Of a DNA stretch of 64,000 nt, positions 1 through 13,268 are shown piece after piece. This DNA comes from Chrysomallon squamiferum (lineage: Eukaryota > Animalia > Mollusca). The translations under genes and the position numbers were made by a program. How positions within the stretch are numbered: the stretch's first letter is position 1; every line of letters starts with the position of its first letter. The notes below the pieces were generated by a model. The model was given only the letters and a program-made list of their open reading frames with translations. It searched no databases and was not told the DNA's origin. The DNA lies in NCBI GenBank assembly GCA_012295275.1, contig CM022679.1, positions 4,836,001-4,900,000 of the forward strand, read 5' to 3'.

Positions 1-340
1 AAGAAAAATGAAAATTGAGGCACAATGCTGCCATTTCTGTTCATTTGCAAAAATGGCAGACAGTTATTGTATTATTTCTGGTAAATAATTGTTTATAGTT
101 ATTTTAAAAAAAAAAAAAAAAAAAAATTTTGAGGTATATTAACAGGCATCAAGTTTGTAAAATCACAAAAGAAGAAATAAAAAAAAAAACGGAAAAAGAA
201 ATATAAGACTGATAAAACGAAAAAAAAAAAATGTCTTGAATTCTTCAACAATGGAATTTCAGCTGTGTACTGTTGTTTATTTGTTGCATATTGAATCAAG
301 ATGGATGAACAGACAGTGGTTTCACTGTTACAGGTGAAAA

Positions 341-402
341 TCATGTGGGAACGAGGGAAGACCGGCCTCGGCGATATGATTTCATGCCCGATGGATTTGA
401 AG
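341..402 (-). CDS. FAM149B1: FAM149 terminal coding exon 16: SNPSGMKSYRRGRSSLVPT*
   Basis: Acceptor TTTTTCAG|C, phase 1, GC-rich, TGA at 343-341; an AATAAA lies at 281-276 on the minus strand and the 3'UTR may run off the window start. Confidence 0.75.
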
Positions 403-1655
403 CTGAAAAACAAATTTAAAAACATTCATCATGTGTTTTTTAATACAACTGAACACTGTTATTATGGCTTTATATATATATATATATATAAATTTAAAAA
501 AAATATCTATATCTATATAAATCCTGATTATCTAAATGATGATAATAATTATGATAAATGAATGTGAAAATTATTTTTAAAACAACAGTTCCGATAAGTA
601 ATAATAATAACAGCAACAATAATAAAAACAAAAAAATAATAAATATTCATAAATATTGTTTGTAATAGCATTAAATTAAAAATAAATGCCTTTTTCCAAT
701 AAACAGTTCTAATTTCAGTTTGCTTAAATCAAATCTAGGTAATTTATATTTTTTTATTATTTTATTTATTTTAATTTTTTTTAAATAAAATTTTCTTAGC
801 AACATTTTTACTGCCTCAAACATAAACTGTCTAAAGATGTCACAATTAACTTCTTTCTACATTCCTGCCAGTGTCAGATAATAATTATTTTTTTATTTTC
901 TTGTATCTATGAAGCATATTTTTCAAGGTAATGAAGAAAATACCTTAAATTCATTATCATTTCAAACTGTCGTTTTATCTATTTTGCCTTTTATTATTTT
1001 TATGATGATACACTTTATTATAAAAAGCAAATTACTGGTGGTGTAAAAGTAATGCAACTTATTTACATATACACTTCAACTAGGTGTGTGTGTGTGTGTG
1101 TGTGTGTTTATTTAAAATAAACATCAAACTGTGCAAAGCACATTTCAAAAACGTGCTACACACAAAATGCAAAAAATATATATATATATATTAATAAAAA
1201 ATATATCATATATAAAATTATTTTCTAAAACATCTAACACATTTTCTTTTTGTAGCAATTTTGTAGTTTATTTAAATAATTTAAATTTTGATTAAAAGAA
1301 AAGACATAATTTTAAAACAAAATAATTATTAAAAAAATATTGTTAAATAAGTAAATAAACAAATATAAAAAAAATTAAATCAAAATCAAAATTGTAAAAA
1401 TCAAAAAAAATGGAATAAAAAAAAACATTTCAAATAAAAAAAAAAAAAAAAAAAAAATTGTAATAAAAATTATGTTTAAAAAAAAAAAATTAAAGAAGAT
1501 AACAAAAGAAATAAGATTAAAAATCTGCAAAGTTTCACTCTTTGAAAAAACTGGAAAAAAAAAAAAAAAAATCTAGGTAAACACAGGTAACACAGCATGT
1601 AACAAAGGTATTAGTAAACAAAGAAAACAGGTAATTGACGTGTGCTGACTTAGAT

Positions 1656-1693
1656 TTAACATTTGTCTTCCAGATTCCAGCGAGACACTTTAG
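1656..1693 (-). CDS. Possible alternative last exon: (T)KVSRWNLEDKC*
   Basis: Acceptor GTTGTTTTCAG|C in phase 1 within a small complex island in A-rich intron; TAA at 1658-1656. Confidence 0.3.
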
Positions 1694-2443
1694 CTGAAAA
1701 CAACAATTAGTTTACATTAGGAAAAACTACCTAAATAAATAAATTTGAAAAAAAAAAAAAAAAAGAAAAAAAAAAGGAGGAAGAAGAAGAAGTATAAAAC
1801 ACCTAACTCCCAAAACATCACATAACAATGATAAGAAATAATAAAAAAAACAATAAATAAAAAAAATAAATAAAACATTGACTCTATATATTGATCTCAT
1901 AATAATAACAATAATAACAATAACAGTAACAACAACACAATTTTAAAATAATGATAATTAAATAAATTAATTTAAAATACAACAGTAATGTACTAAAAAC
2001 TATATCAGAACAGCTTAGCAAAAAGGATCTACAGAAAACTCACTTCATAGTAAGCTGCTTTAAGTATCAGAAATAATCTAAATACCATCTCTGCTTATTA
2101 TTATTTTATCTACCCATATTCCACATTCAATTAATATTAGAAAAAATAATTTTTACAGAGATCTAAGGAAAATTCCCTGAAAGTGCAAACCAATGTACAG
2201 ATCTTTTTTTTTTTTTTCAAGATATCTTGTTTAATTATTATCACTATTCCATACACCTATCACTCTAGCAATTTATAATTATCCAGAAAGATTATTATTA
2301 CATCCAAACTCAGTTTATAATTATCAGAGAAAACAGAAAACTCAACATAGTATCTTTAATTATTAGTATTATTACTATTACTCTTTTTTTATTACTATTA
2401 TTATTATTATTTTTATTTATATAGTTATTATTCTTATTATTAC

Positions 2444-2474
<31 letters not shown>

Positions 2475-2717
2475 TTTTTACTATATAAATATTATTATTA
2501 TTATTAATATTTTTGTTTTTACTTTTTTATTACTATTACTCTTAATACTATTTGAAACCTAACAGCCGTTATGTTTTTCATGCTAAGGTGTTATTAAACA
2601 TTAATTTCTTCATTCATTCTTTCTTACTAATACTACTACAACTACTATTATTATTATTATACTGTTATTGTTACTGTTTTATTATTACAGTTTTGATATT
2701 ACTGTTACAGGACTTAC

Positions 2718-2819
2718 TCCAGTGTGGATGAACAGGACCGTCAATAGGTCCCTCGTGGTCCTCCACAATGTCAGGTGGTTGTGATACTCTGCTACCCGTA
2801 ATACCCAGTGCTTTGTTAC
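2718..2819 (-). CDS. FAM149B1: FAM149 exon 15: NKALGITGSRVSQPPDIVEDHEGPIDGPVHPHW(T)
   Basis: Acceptor TTCAG|G, donor GGA|GTAAGT, 102 nt, phase 1-1. Confidence 0.85.
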
Positions 2820-2830
2820 CTGAAACAAAC

Positions 2831-2968
<138 letters not shown>

Positions 2969-3080
2969 TAACAATAAAAAAATAATAATAATGGTAACAA
3001 TAATAGTAATAATAAAACAATCCCTTTATAACTATAATAACAAAACCGGTCACTTAATAATAACAAAAACAACAAAATAC

Positions 3081-3112
<32 letters not shown>

Positions 3113-3410
3113 TAATAGTAACATTAAAAACATCAGTGAATAATAACAGATATATTAATTAAAAAAATGTATATTAAGAAATAAATATTTTTTCTTAGAA
3201 ACACATAAAATTTTTATTTATTTATTTTTTAAAATAAAACTCAATACATTTTTCTATTAATAATTATTTTGACTCAAAAAAAAAAAATCTAAAAACCCCC
3301 TAAAAAAACATCTTCACCATATTATATGTTCTCACAAGCTCACATCATCTTTTCACAACAGTTATACCTCTATTGAGCAGCTAGGGTTGGAACGGGAGAT
3401 CAGTACTCAC

Positions 3411-3495
3411 CAATGAACTGGTTTCTTGTGTTTTGACTGTACTGTCCTAGAGGAGTTGATGATCGCCGACTTATACCAATAGACTGCATGTCAGA
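3411..3495 (-). CDS. FAM149B1: FAM149 exon 14: SDMQSIGISRRSSTPLGQYSQNTRNQFI(G)
   Basis: Acceptor TCCAG|T, donor TTG|GTGAGT, 85 nt, phase 0-1. Confidence 0.85.
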
Positions 3496-3521
3496 CTGGA
3501 AAACAGATTACTCTTAGTATT

Positions 3522-3565
<44 letters not shown>

Positions 3566-3769
3566 TTATTTTTTCAAATATCTGATCACAGAGTTTATAC
3601 ACTTTTATTTTTAATCATTGTTTTCTTTATAATATTTGATAATTTTTAACAGTATTATTATAATAATGAAGGGGACAGAATAATAATAATACAAATAATA
3701 ATATTTATAATAATAATAATAATAATAATTATAATAATAAAATAATAACAATAACAACAATAATAATAA

Positions 3770-3820
<51 letters not shown>

Positions 3821-4187
3821 TAATAATATTAATAATCTAAAGAAAACTAAATAGACTAATTAAATTTTTTTAAATATACATGTGCCAGTTAACAATTTTA
3901 TTTTAAAACATTTTTGCTGCAGACTTTTTAAAAATAAATAAACCCAGAAATTAAAAACAATGACAATATCAACAAACACAAATATCTACACTACCAGCCA
4001 CTTTGACATTTAATAAATATAAACAAAAGCAATTTACTACTTATATAAACAGAACTGAATTACTACTACTAACCCTGACCTCAAACGTCATCACTTTTGA
4101 CATTTAAAAAGCACAAACGTCTGCCTATTACAACTTTAAACAAATCTAATTAACTCCAGCTACAAACAGATCTGTTTTACTGCTTAC

Positions 4188-4301
4188 CCTGACTTCAAAC
4201 GTCGTGCTAGGTCGGGGATCAATGGGCAGATTGCTGCGTTCACGGAAGTTGTTAGCTCGTATGTCTTTGTTGTCTATAGCACTACTGGCTCTGTATTTTC
4301 T
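4188..4301 (-). CDS. FAM149B1: FAM149 exon 13: RKYRASSAIDNKDIRANNFRERSNLPIDPRPSTTFEVR
   Basis: Acceptor TTCAG|A, donor AGG|GTAAGC, 114 nt, phase 0-0; RAxSA and PRPxTT motifs. Confidence 0.9.
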
Positions 4302-5119
4302 CTGAAAACATAATTTTTTAAACTATGATTGTGACACCATCACAGTATAAACACATATACATAGACACACACACTCTTATACAAACACAGATACACAATC
4401 AAACACACACTCATACATTTGTACACAGAGGTACACACACATTTATTCCTATATCATATTTTGATACATAAAACAGTAATATATCAAATTTATTTAGTTT
4501 TTTTTTGTTTGGAATATAAAAGTTATTCTTGAATAAAAAGCAAATCAGTTGAATAAAAAAAAAAAAAAAATGTTGAAATAACTAGAAAAAAAAAAAAAAA
4601 AAAAAAAAAAAAATAAATTTTAAAAAATTAATAAAAATCTAAAATGAGTTCATTTAACAGTTTGAAACAGAAAAACTTAAATTTTTTTTGATAATATGAT
4701 GATTATGATAATTATAACAAAACAAAAAAAAAATAGAATAATAATGATAGTAAAAATCATAATAAATAATAATAATAATAAAAATTAGGCAATAATAAAA
4801 ATAAAAATAAATAATAATAATAATAGTAATAATAATAACAATAATAATAATAATAATAGTAATAATAATAGAATAATAACAATAAACAATAACAAAAACT
4901 AAATAATAATAATAATAAAAATAATAACAGTAATAAAGACAACAACAGTATTAATAATAATAATGACAGTAATATCAATAAAATAATAATAATAACAATA
5001 ATAATAACAATAATAATAGCAATAACAACAATAACAAAAACAATAACAACAATAATAATAAAATAATTATAACAATAACAACAACAACAACAGTAACAAC
5101 AAAAGAACTTAGCGCTCAC

Positions 5120-5272
5120 GGTGGAAGGGTCTAACATTTCGAGTGGGGGCAGCGCTCCGTTCCTGTGGAAAGATGAGTTGGTGGGTGGGGAGGCTGGGTT
5201 GTTGGTGTTGTTAGGCATGATCTTCTTCACCAGCAGCGCGTCACTGCAAATCTGCGTGTTCCGCTCATCCTC
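5120..5272 (-). CDS. FAM149B1: FAM149 exon 12: EDERNTQICSDALLVKKIMPNNTNNPASPPTNSSFHRNGALPPLEMLDPST
   Basis: Acceptor TGCAG|G, donor ACC|GTGAGC, 153 nt, phase 0-0; RNxxLPP motif. Confidence 0.9.
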
Positions 5273-5335
5273 CTGCAAGAAAATCAAATTTGTAACTCTG
5301 TTCTCAATTCTTAGTTTTTGTTACTGTACACAGAT

Positions 5336-5462
5336 TTAAAAACATGAATAAAATGTAACGATAATATTAAAAACATGAATAAAATGTAACAATAATTTTA
5401 AAATGTGGAATAGAATGTAACTATAATTTTAAAAAAATGAATAAAGTGTAACAATAATTTTA
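5336..5462. repeat. ~30-bp tandem repeat, ~4 copies
   Basis: TTAAAAACATGAATAAAATGTAACAATAAT variants. Confidence 0.8.
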
Positions 5463-5758
5463 AAAATAAGAATTTAAAATTAGCAATAATAATGATACGA
5501 CTAATGATAACACCAATCAAAAACAGTTGCCAATATAATAACAGTATGATACAAATAATAATTGTAAAGATAATAACAGCAGTTATGATAATAATAATAA
5601 TAATAATAATAATAATTTCTGTGTATGTATCATTTTTGTATGCATATATACAAAATTTTATCGATCTATATATATATATATACATTTTTTCTTATGTATA
5701 TATGTATATCAAGATATTAATAAATAGACAGAAAACATATATATCCAGATTATTTTAA

Positions 5759-5797
<39 letters not shown>

Positions 5798-5937
5798 AAA
5801 CAAAACAGCTTTTGTAAATGTCTCTCAAGAACCTTAAAATAATTTTGATATATTTGTCTTCAGTCTATTTGTTAATATCTAGATATACATATATACAAAA
5901 GAACAAAATGTCAGTGATTAAATAAAGCTATACTTAC

Positions 5938-6076
5938 ACCATTGGGAGTTTTTGATCTGTCAATTGCTAAGGGAGCTAATCTGCCCTTGGGCTTGGGCCT
6001 CACACTCATTGGTCTCTTCATTTGTAGACTGGTTCCTGGCCTGGCACTTGTCAAACCATGTGATTCACTAGGATCC
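5938..6076 (-). CDS. FAM149B1: FAM149 exon 11: DPSESHGLTSARPGTSLQMKRPMSVRPKPKGRLAPLAIDRSKTPNG
   Basis: Acceptor TGCAG|G, donor GGT|GTAAGT, 139 nt, phase 2-0. Confidence 0.88.
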
Positions 6077-6976
6077 CTGCAAAATTAAAATTCAGTCTAC
6101 TGTTTAAAATTTGAATACATGTTTTCTGAGGAAGCATTTATTTTCAGACTGTAATTTATTTATTTAAATAAGTAATATTGTGATGATGATGATGATAATT
6201 ACAAAAAAAACAACAAGCAAACCAAAATATATGTGAAAAAAATAATAATAATAAAAATTAAATATTTCTTTGTGAAATTTTTAAATATTTTTGATTTTTA
6301 ATAAATTATCAATTCATTATTCAAGTAGTAATAATAATAATAAAAATAATAAAAAAAAACAACAACAACAACAACAACAACAATCTTGCCTGTCTAATGA
6401 ACATAAAAGTCGTTTTTGTCCTAACGAAGTCTCACAATTTTTTACACATGTTTTATTAACACTAATTAGTCTGGAATTCATTTTTTTGTATTCACACAAA
6501 CTTTTAATTTTCAAAAAAAAAAAATGTCTAAAGTTTAAAAACAGGACTTTGCACAAACTTGAATCCTTAGAGATGGAAACCAAATGGACAATCTATCAAA
6601 AGTTATAAGCACTGTCGTAAATGCAAAAGATATGTTTCCGAAATCATGAAATATTAATGACCAAACAACCACCCATTATCTGTGAAGAAATGTGATATGT
6701 TTTCACATTTAAACACATGAATTAGTAATGAAACAAAGATATCTTGCAGCTGTTATCTTCATTATTAAAAAAAAAGAAAATGTAAATTTATAATGAACAT
6801 ACTGATATACCTTTCACGTAAAAACATGATACGTATGTTTATGTTTGAATATATGAATAATGAAAAAACACAAAAGATATTACAATGCTGTTATCTTAGA
6901 CGTGAGGGAAAAAGCAGATTTAAATTATAAATGTACTGACTGTTTTGTTACAGGGAAAACATAATAAATAATCAAA

Positions 6977-7331
6977 CAGAGGAAAACTCTTCTAAATCGA
7001 ACAACTCTGCAATCAAAACAGTTGTTTGGTTTAGACAGGGTTTGTTTTAGTGAGGTTTCAAGAAACAGGAGTAGTGAAGAAAAAGGATGTTATATTATTT
7101 TAAAGATGTTCTTTGCATGCTTTTGGTTGTTTGATTTTCAGTTGTCAGATCTGCATTAAATAAACACAATGAAACTGGATGGTATTTTTGTTATTCAGAC
7201 TAGAGGAGTTTTTGGTTTTCAGAGGATTATTTTCAGTTGGTAAAAGTTTTGTACGTCACAAGATCAAGAAATATGTTTAATTTTAAGGAAATCTCAGTTT
7301 ATAGAGGGTTTGGTTTAGAGAAGTTTCACTG
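6977..7331. mobile_element. Decayed Tc1/mariner-pogo-type MITE
   Basis: Left end CAGAGGAAAACTCTTCTAAATCGAAC resembles the reverse complement of the right end GTTTGGTTTAGAGAAGTTTCACTG, which is followed by TA; internal TTTGGTTTAGACAGGGTTT sub-repeat at ~7025. Confidence 0.5.
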
Positions 7332-8170
7332 TATATATATAATAAGCTGAAACAACGATATTTTGTTTCAAGATGTTAAAAACTGATAAATGTTGGCTGT
7401 GAATTATTAATAAATATCAAATATTTGACAGAAATTTGAGAGAGCCAGGAAAGTTTAACTGATATTCAGTTTGTTCCACATCTTTAATATTTAATATAAT
7501 GTTTTTTGGTCGATATTATGTTAAAAACTTTAATCTTTCAATTTTGGCATTGTGTGTTTCAAAATACATAAATACATAAATAAATAAAACTGAAAACAGT
7601 TAAAGCTATTACTGCTTAGAGTCAGAAAATATTTAAAAAAAAACAACTAAAATGTGCAGGAAATTTTATTAATTATTATTATTATTGTTATTATTATCAT
7701 TATTATTATTATATAACCCATTATAAACAATAAAGATGTTAACATGATTTTGTTGATTAAGTTATAAAAACATAAAAATACTTCACTGAGTGAGACATAA
7801 ACATGGAAATTTATTTTATTATTTATTTATATATTATATATATATATATATATTTTTCATTTCATTATCCATAATATTTTTTAATTATTAATTTGTAATC
7901 TATTGTAAAAAAGAAAAACAAAAAAAAGATTTGCACTGAATTATGACTGACCTTCAGAGAGTCAAAAAATATATTCAACCTTTAATTATTTTTGCACTAA
8001 TCACTTAAAACAATGACACTTTAAGAAGTTTTTTTGCATTTATTTAATAATTAACTATCACTTGCAAATACTACTCTGTGTTTAATTAATTAATAAAAAA
8101 ATAAAATAAAATAATAAAAACCCATCATAAACGATAATGGTGGTAACTTTAGCCACTTTGCGGCACTTAC

Positions 8171-8292
8171 ATGGGAAGATGGCGGTCCTTCAGGGCAATG
8201 GGTGAAATGTGCAGGAGATCTTCAAAAGATTTCTGGTTGTCAGTGCTGCCACCGAGGTGTGTGTGAGCTCGCTGGAGAGGATAAAGCTGCTG
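8171..8292 (-). CDS. FAM149B1: FAM149 exon 10: QQLYPLQRAHTHLGGSTDNQKSFEDLLHISPIALKDRHLP(M)
   Basis: Acceptor CTACAG|CAGCAG (tandem), donor CAT|GTAAGT, 122 nt, phase 0-2. Confidence 0.88.
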
Positions 8293-8591
8293 CTGTAGAG
8301 AAAACAGTAAATTAGCCACAATGAATAACAGACAAATCTGAGGGTGAGGTTTATATATGAATGTGTATATGTACGTGTGTATATATGTGTGTACATGTTA
8401 TGTGTGTGTGTGAGTTTGTGTATGTATTTGTGTGTACATGTTTATGTGTGTATGTATAGGTTTATGAGTATATGGAATAAATAAACACATTAAGAGATAG
8501 CTTGATAGAGAAACATTGAGAGAAACAATATACATTTCATCTGAAAAAAAAAATAACCAAAAAATAAAAAACAACATAAAATAATAATAAC

Positions 8592-8626
<35 letters not shown>

Positions 8627-8770
8627 CAACAATAATAATAAATTAATTAAATAAAAAAATAAGTAAATGTAGAAGGACACACACATATATATCTAGATAG
8701 TAAAGACAGTAATGTCTGAGTGAATGATTTTGTATGTATGCAGGTGTGTATGTAGATTGTGTGGGTGTGT

Positions 8771-8848
<78 letters not shown>

Positions 8849-9159
8849 TCATTGCTAAGGATGTTTTTTTGTGTTTTTATTCAAATTCATGTTTTTTTTT
8901 GTGTTTTTTTTAAAACCCAGTCTAAACAAGGCTGGACATGCTGGAGACAAGAGGACAGTGAGTCAGAGTAGCTGAAGCAGAGAGGTAATCAGAGACAGTG
9001 ATCAGTCAGTGAGTTGTTTAATTAATTGACAGTGCTCTGACTTCATGCACCACTAACAGAGTCTTCCAGTGCAGGTCAGGTTTCAGTAAAAAAAACAATA
9101 CAGCCAGACTGGCTTACCTCACAGAACAATAAAACAAATACATCTTTGTGTGTCTCTGA

Positions 9160-9304
<145 letters not shown>

Positions 9305-10263
9305 GAATGTTAAGGAAATGGGAAAAAATAAAAAATAGAAAGATAGACATGGTAGGGGAAGTTATGTAAGAAAATATATAGAGAGAGAGAAAGAAAGAAT
9401 AATGGTAGAATGTTAGTAGAAATATAATTTAAAAATAAATAAAATAAAATAAGAGCAGTTATGTAGATGATGACAGAAAGGTTGATAAAGAAAGTCAGTG
9501 TTTGAAAAAAGTCAGTAATAAATAAATAAATAATGTCACTGTGTGTATTGCTTTTTTAATTTTGAAAAAAAGGTAGCTTTAGAATTTGTACCCTCTGAAA
9601 AAAAATATAATAAAAAAAATTGAAAATCTAAAAATGATAATAATAATAAATAAATGTATAAAATAAATAAAAAATACAAGTAAATAAATAAATGAAAATA
9701 GAAAATTAAATTAAAAAAAACAACAAATAAAAAATAAAAATATATATATAAAAAATAAAAACATAAACAAATAAAAAATAAATATATATAAATAAAAAAT
9801 ATAAAAATTATGCCAAAATAAATAAAAATACATATATATATATATATAAAAAAATAAACAAATGACAAATGCCAGAGTGTAAGAGGGAACAAATGGTTTC
9901 TCCTGTGAACTGTTTGTCAATGAGTGCACACACACACACACACACACAGAACAGTGAGGTATGTAAGTAAGTCAGTGAGTACACAACACTGACATCAAGT
10001 TATCAAGTGCAAACCTCTCTTCAAACCTTTTTCTGTCTGCTCTTAGCAAAAGAAAACATTTGTCATTCATACAGATCAAAAAAAAAAATATATATATATA
10101 TATAAAAATATAATTAAAAAAACAATAAAAAAAATAAAAAAAATAAATATATATATTTTTTTTTAAAATTAAAAAAATAAAAATAAAAAAAATAAAAAAA
10201 TAAATGAAAGATATACTGTAGTATTGTTACTGCAGTTGTAAGTAGATGTTTTAGTAAACTTAC

Positions 10264-10355
10264 CCTGTGCTGTAGTGCATAAGAAGGGTCCCGTGAAGAC
10301 GGGGTGGGGTCATGCAGAGGATACCCCAGGGGTGTCGCACCATGTAGTTTAGATT
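10264..10355 (-). CDS. FAM149B1: FAM149 exon 9: SKLHGATPLGYPLHDPTPSSRDPSYALQHR
   Basis: Acceptor TTCAG|A, donor AGG|GTAAGT, 92 nt, phase 1-0; GC-rich island. Confidence 0.85.
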
Positions 10356-10446
10356 CTGAAATAGATAATAATAATAATAATAGTAATATTAATAATAATA
10401 ATAATAATAATTTTAAACTGATGATAGTAATAGTAGTTATTACAAA

Positions 10447-10492
<46 letters not shown>

Positions 10493-10724
10493 TTTAAACT
10501 GATGATAATAATGTTATTACAAAGAATAAAATTAAATACACGTATATCTATGTATGTGTTAAATATTACATTTAGTTTATGTTATTCCTTTTTATATACT
10601 TATGTACATATATAAAATGGAATGATATAGTCTAAATTTAATATTAATAAATAATCACAATAATTTTAATTAAGAAAAGATTTTAAATTTAAAGAAAAGA
10701 AAAATTAAAAATTCAGAAACTTAC

Positions 10725-10773
10725 CAAGAAAATGTGAATATTCTTTTATAACTGTCCTCAACCATGAAATAAT
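10725..10773 (-). CDS. FAM149B1: FAM149 exon 8: IISWLRTVIKEYSHFL(E)
   Basis: Acceptor TTTAG|A, donor TTG|GTAAGT, 49 nt, phase 0-1, bridging exons 7 and 9. Confidence 0.85.
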
Positions 10774-11443
10774 CTAAAAAACAAAAACAAATAGTTGTTA
10801 AAAAAAAAAAAAAATTCTAACAAATAAATACTGAAAATATAATGCACCATGTGTCTGTACATGTCTGTATGTATGTTTGTACATGTTTATATATGTGTCT
10901 GTGTTTCTGTGTGGCTGTATGTGTGTGATTTCTTTTGAAAGAATAATTCATTTTTTTTTTAAATAATTTATTTATAAATAAGTATGAAATTATCATTTCT
11001 TTTTAAAGCACACACACACACAACAAAATTCCAACAGAATTATTGATGTGTATCTACTTTTTGTTTAAATTGTGAACACGACAGTTTATTTAAAATGTTC
11101 TTATTTAATTTCAAGTTCAGTACAACATTATTACACATATCCGATTTCTTTGTAAAACATAAATAAACTTACTGCAGTTCACATAAAATTTATTTGTTCA
11201 TTTATTTGCATTTAACAAATCACAAAAGAACATGTGATATGAGTCAGTTTGTTTTTTAATAGTAATTATATCATTTGTAATGCAGATTTATTTATTCATT
11301 TGTAATACTGAGAAGTCAAATCGATTTAAATTGTTTAGCAGTGTTTTTTCTTTCTTAGATTCTTTGCTTGTTTGGTTTAAATAACAAAAATGACAAAAAG
11401 AAAAAAAGGTACACAAACAAAACAAGAAGTATTGTGTGTATAT

Positions 11444-11475
<32 letters not shown>

Positions 11476-12235
11476 TGGAAAAATGTTAAAAAATGAAGAA
11501 GAAAGCCTTCCATAAATACAAATTAAATAAAAAACAACACATATTAAAACAAAGACATTTTTAAAAACATATTTTAATGGCTTTTGTCACTTTCCTTGTA
11601 ATATAACCACTACCCAGAAATCCCATTATAACACATTTCAGTATCCTCATGAATATTTTATTTCAGTATTTCACATCTCTAAAGATAATACTCGGATTTA
11701 ATTAACTGTAAAGTGTTAATTTTTTTATATATATATAACAAATTAATGCTTTTAAATTGCTTCATTACAACACCATAAAATGAAGACATGTAAAAATAAA
11801 GCCATAATATAATCTTTTTCTTTTTTCTAACACATTACTTTTAAACTTCATTATAATATTTAATTTTCTACTCTAAGGTGAGTAATTAAATGAAAAAATT
11901 AATAAAATTAATTCATGAATAAATAAACACAGACAGGTTCATGTAGACATTACAAAGATCAAGTGCAGTTATTATCCTAGAGCTATAAAAACTAAGCTGT
12001 TCCTTCCAATGATCTACAACGACTGAGCCGATCTTTCCAAAAATCTACAAAGACTGAACTTGACATTTTTTTTTTTTTTTTTTTTTTCTTTCTCCATGAT
12101 CTACAAAGACTGAGCTAGTCAGGTTTTATATTTCACTCGGCATCAGTATTTTATTATTATTGTTTTTAAAACATTCGTCAAAGATATATATAAAAATAAA
12201 CGTGAGTAAAAGAAGCTTTATCTTGCTAGAATTAC

Positions 12236-12365
12236 CTCTTGCCACATGAAGTCAAAGACGGCGCTGGTAACACTGTCTTTGAGGCAGGCGTTGGGCGTAA
12301 TGGGGGGGTAGCCAACGCGACGTCTCCTTGGTGTTATTTGTTTTTTGTTATCTAAATCTTCGTGT
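12236..12365 (-). CDS. FAM149B1: FAM149 exon 7: HEDLDNKKQITPRRRRVGYPPITPNACLKDSVTSAVFDFMWQE
   Basis: Acceptor TGCAG|A, donor GAG|GTAATT, 130 nt, phase 2-0; GYPPIxP...VFDxxW conserved block. Confidence 0.93.
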
Positions 12366-13268
12366 CTGCAAATAAAACAGATTAATGACATATCAACAGA
12401 TTTGTTTTGTTTGTTGTTTTTTGGGGGTTAACACTGTATCTTAAGATCTTTATTTGATACATTTTATAAAAAAGATTTCTTTTATTTGTTTTTTTTTTGT
12501 TATCTATATCTTCATGTCTGGAAATAAAAAAAAAAAAAAAAAAAGAAACGGCATACAGTACATTAACAGATTAAAGATGTATTTACAGATTTTTTTCTTA
12601 AAATATTTGTTACATTTTCATGAAATAAAATTTTGAAAAAAAAAAAAAAGTTTCATTTATTTATTTTTTGTTATGTATGGAAATAAAATTAAAAAAACCA
12701 AAATATACAATACATTAACAGATTTTTTTAAAAACATCATTTCTTAAAACTCTTTATTTATTATATCTTCATGAAATAAAAATTATTTTTTTTTTTTTTA
12801 TTTTAATATATTTTTTTCTAAATCCTCATGTCTGGAAATAAAATTTAAAAAATCCGAACAAACTGAAAAAAACAACAACATATACAATACATTAAAAAAT
12901 TAATTATATATTAACAGTTTTTATTTCTAAACTCTTTATGTTATATTTTCATGAAATAAAATTATTAAAATTTTTTTTTTATATGACTCCTATGTTAGAC
13001 ATGTATTTATAATAATAATTAAAAAAAAAAAAATAACAAAAAAAAAAAAACAGTAATAAAAAAAATACAAAACAAAAAGGATATTGTAAAATATAAAAAT
13101 AATATATAAAAAAAAAAAAAAAACAGTTCCTTTTATTTGTATATTTAAATGAAAGAGAATCTACAAACATAATTACTGAGGCCTTGCATTACCCTATCTA
13201 TCTTTACACCTGAAAACAGACTCTAAATGAACCTCTGACTACAGAAATAAACTGAGTGTAACACTGAC

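Noticed and set aside
3368-3410. Extension of exon 14 to donor GAG|GTATAA at 3368
   Set aside because: It includes an in-frame TGA; the GTGAGT donor at 3411 is stronger and phase-matches exon 15.
9873-9902. Possible 30-nt exon EKPFVPSYTL after TTCACAG|
   Set aside because: No credible donor follows (GCATTT / GTCATT) and the pyrimidine tract is poor.
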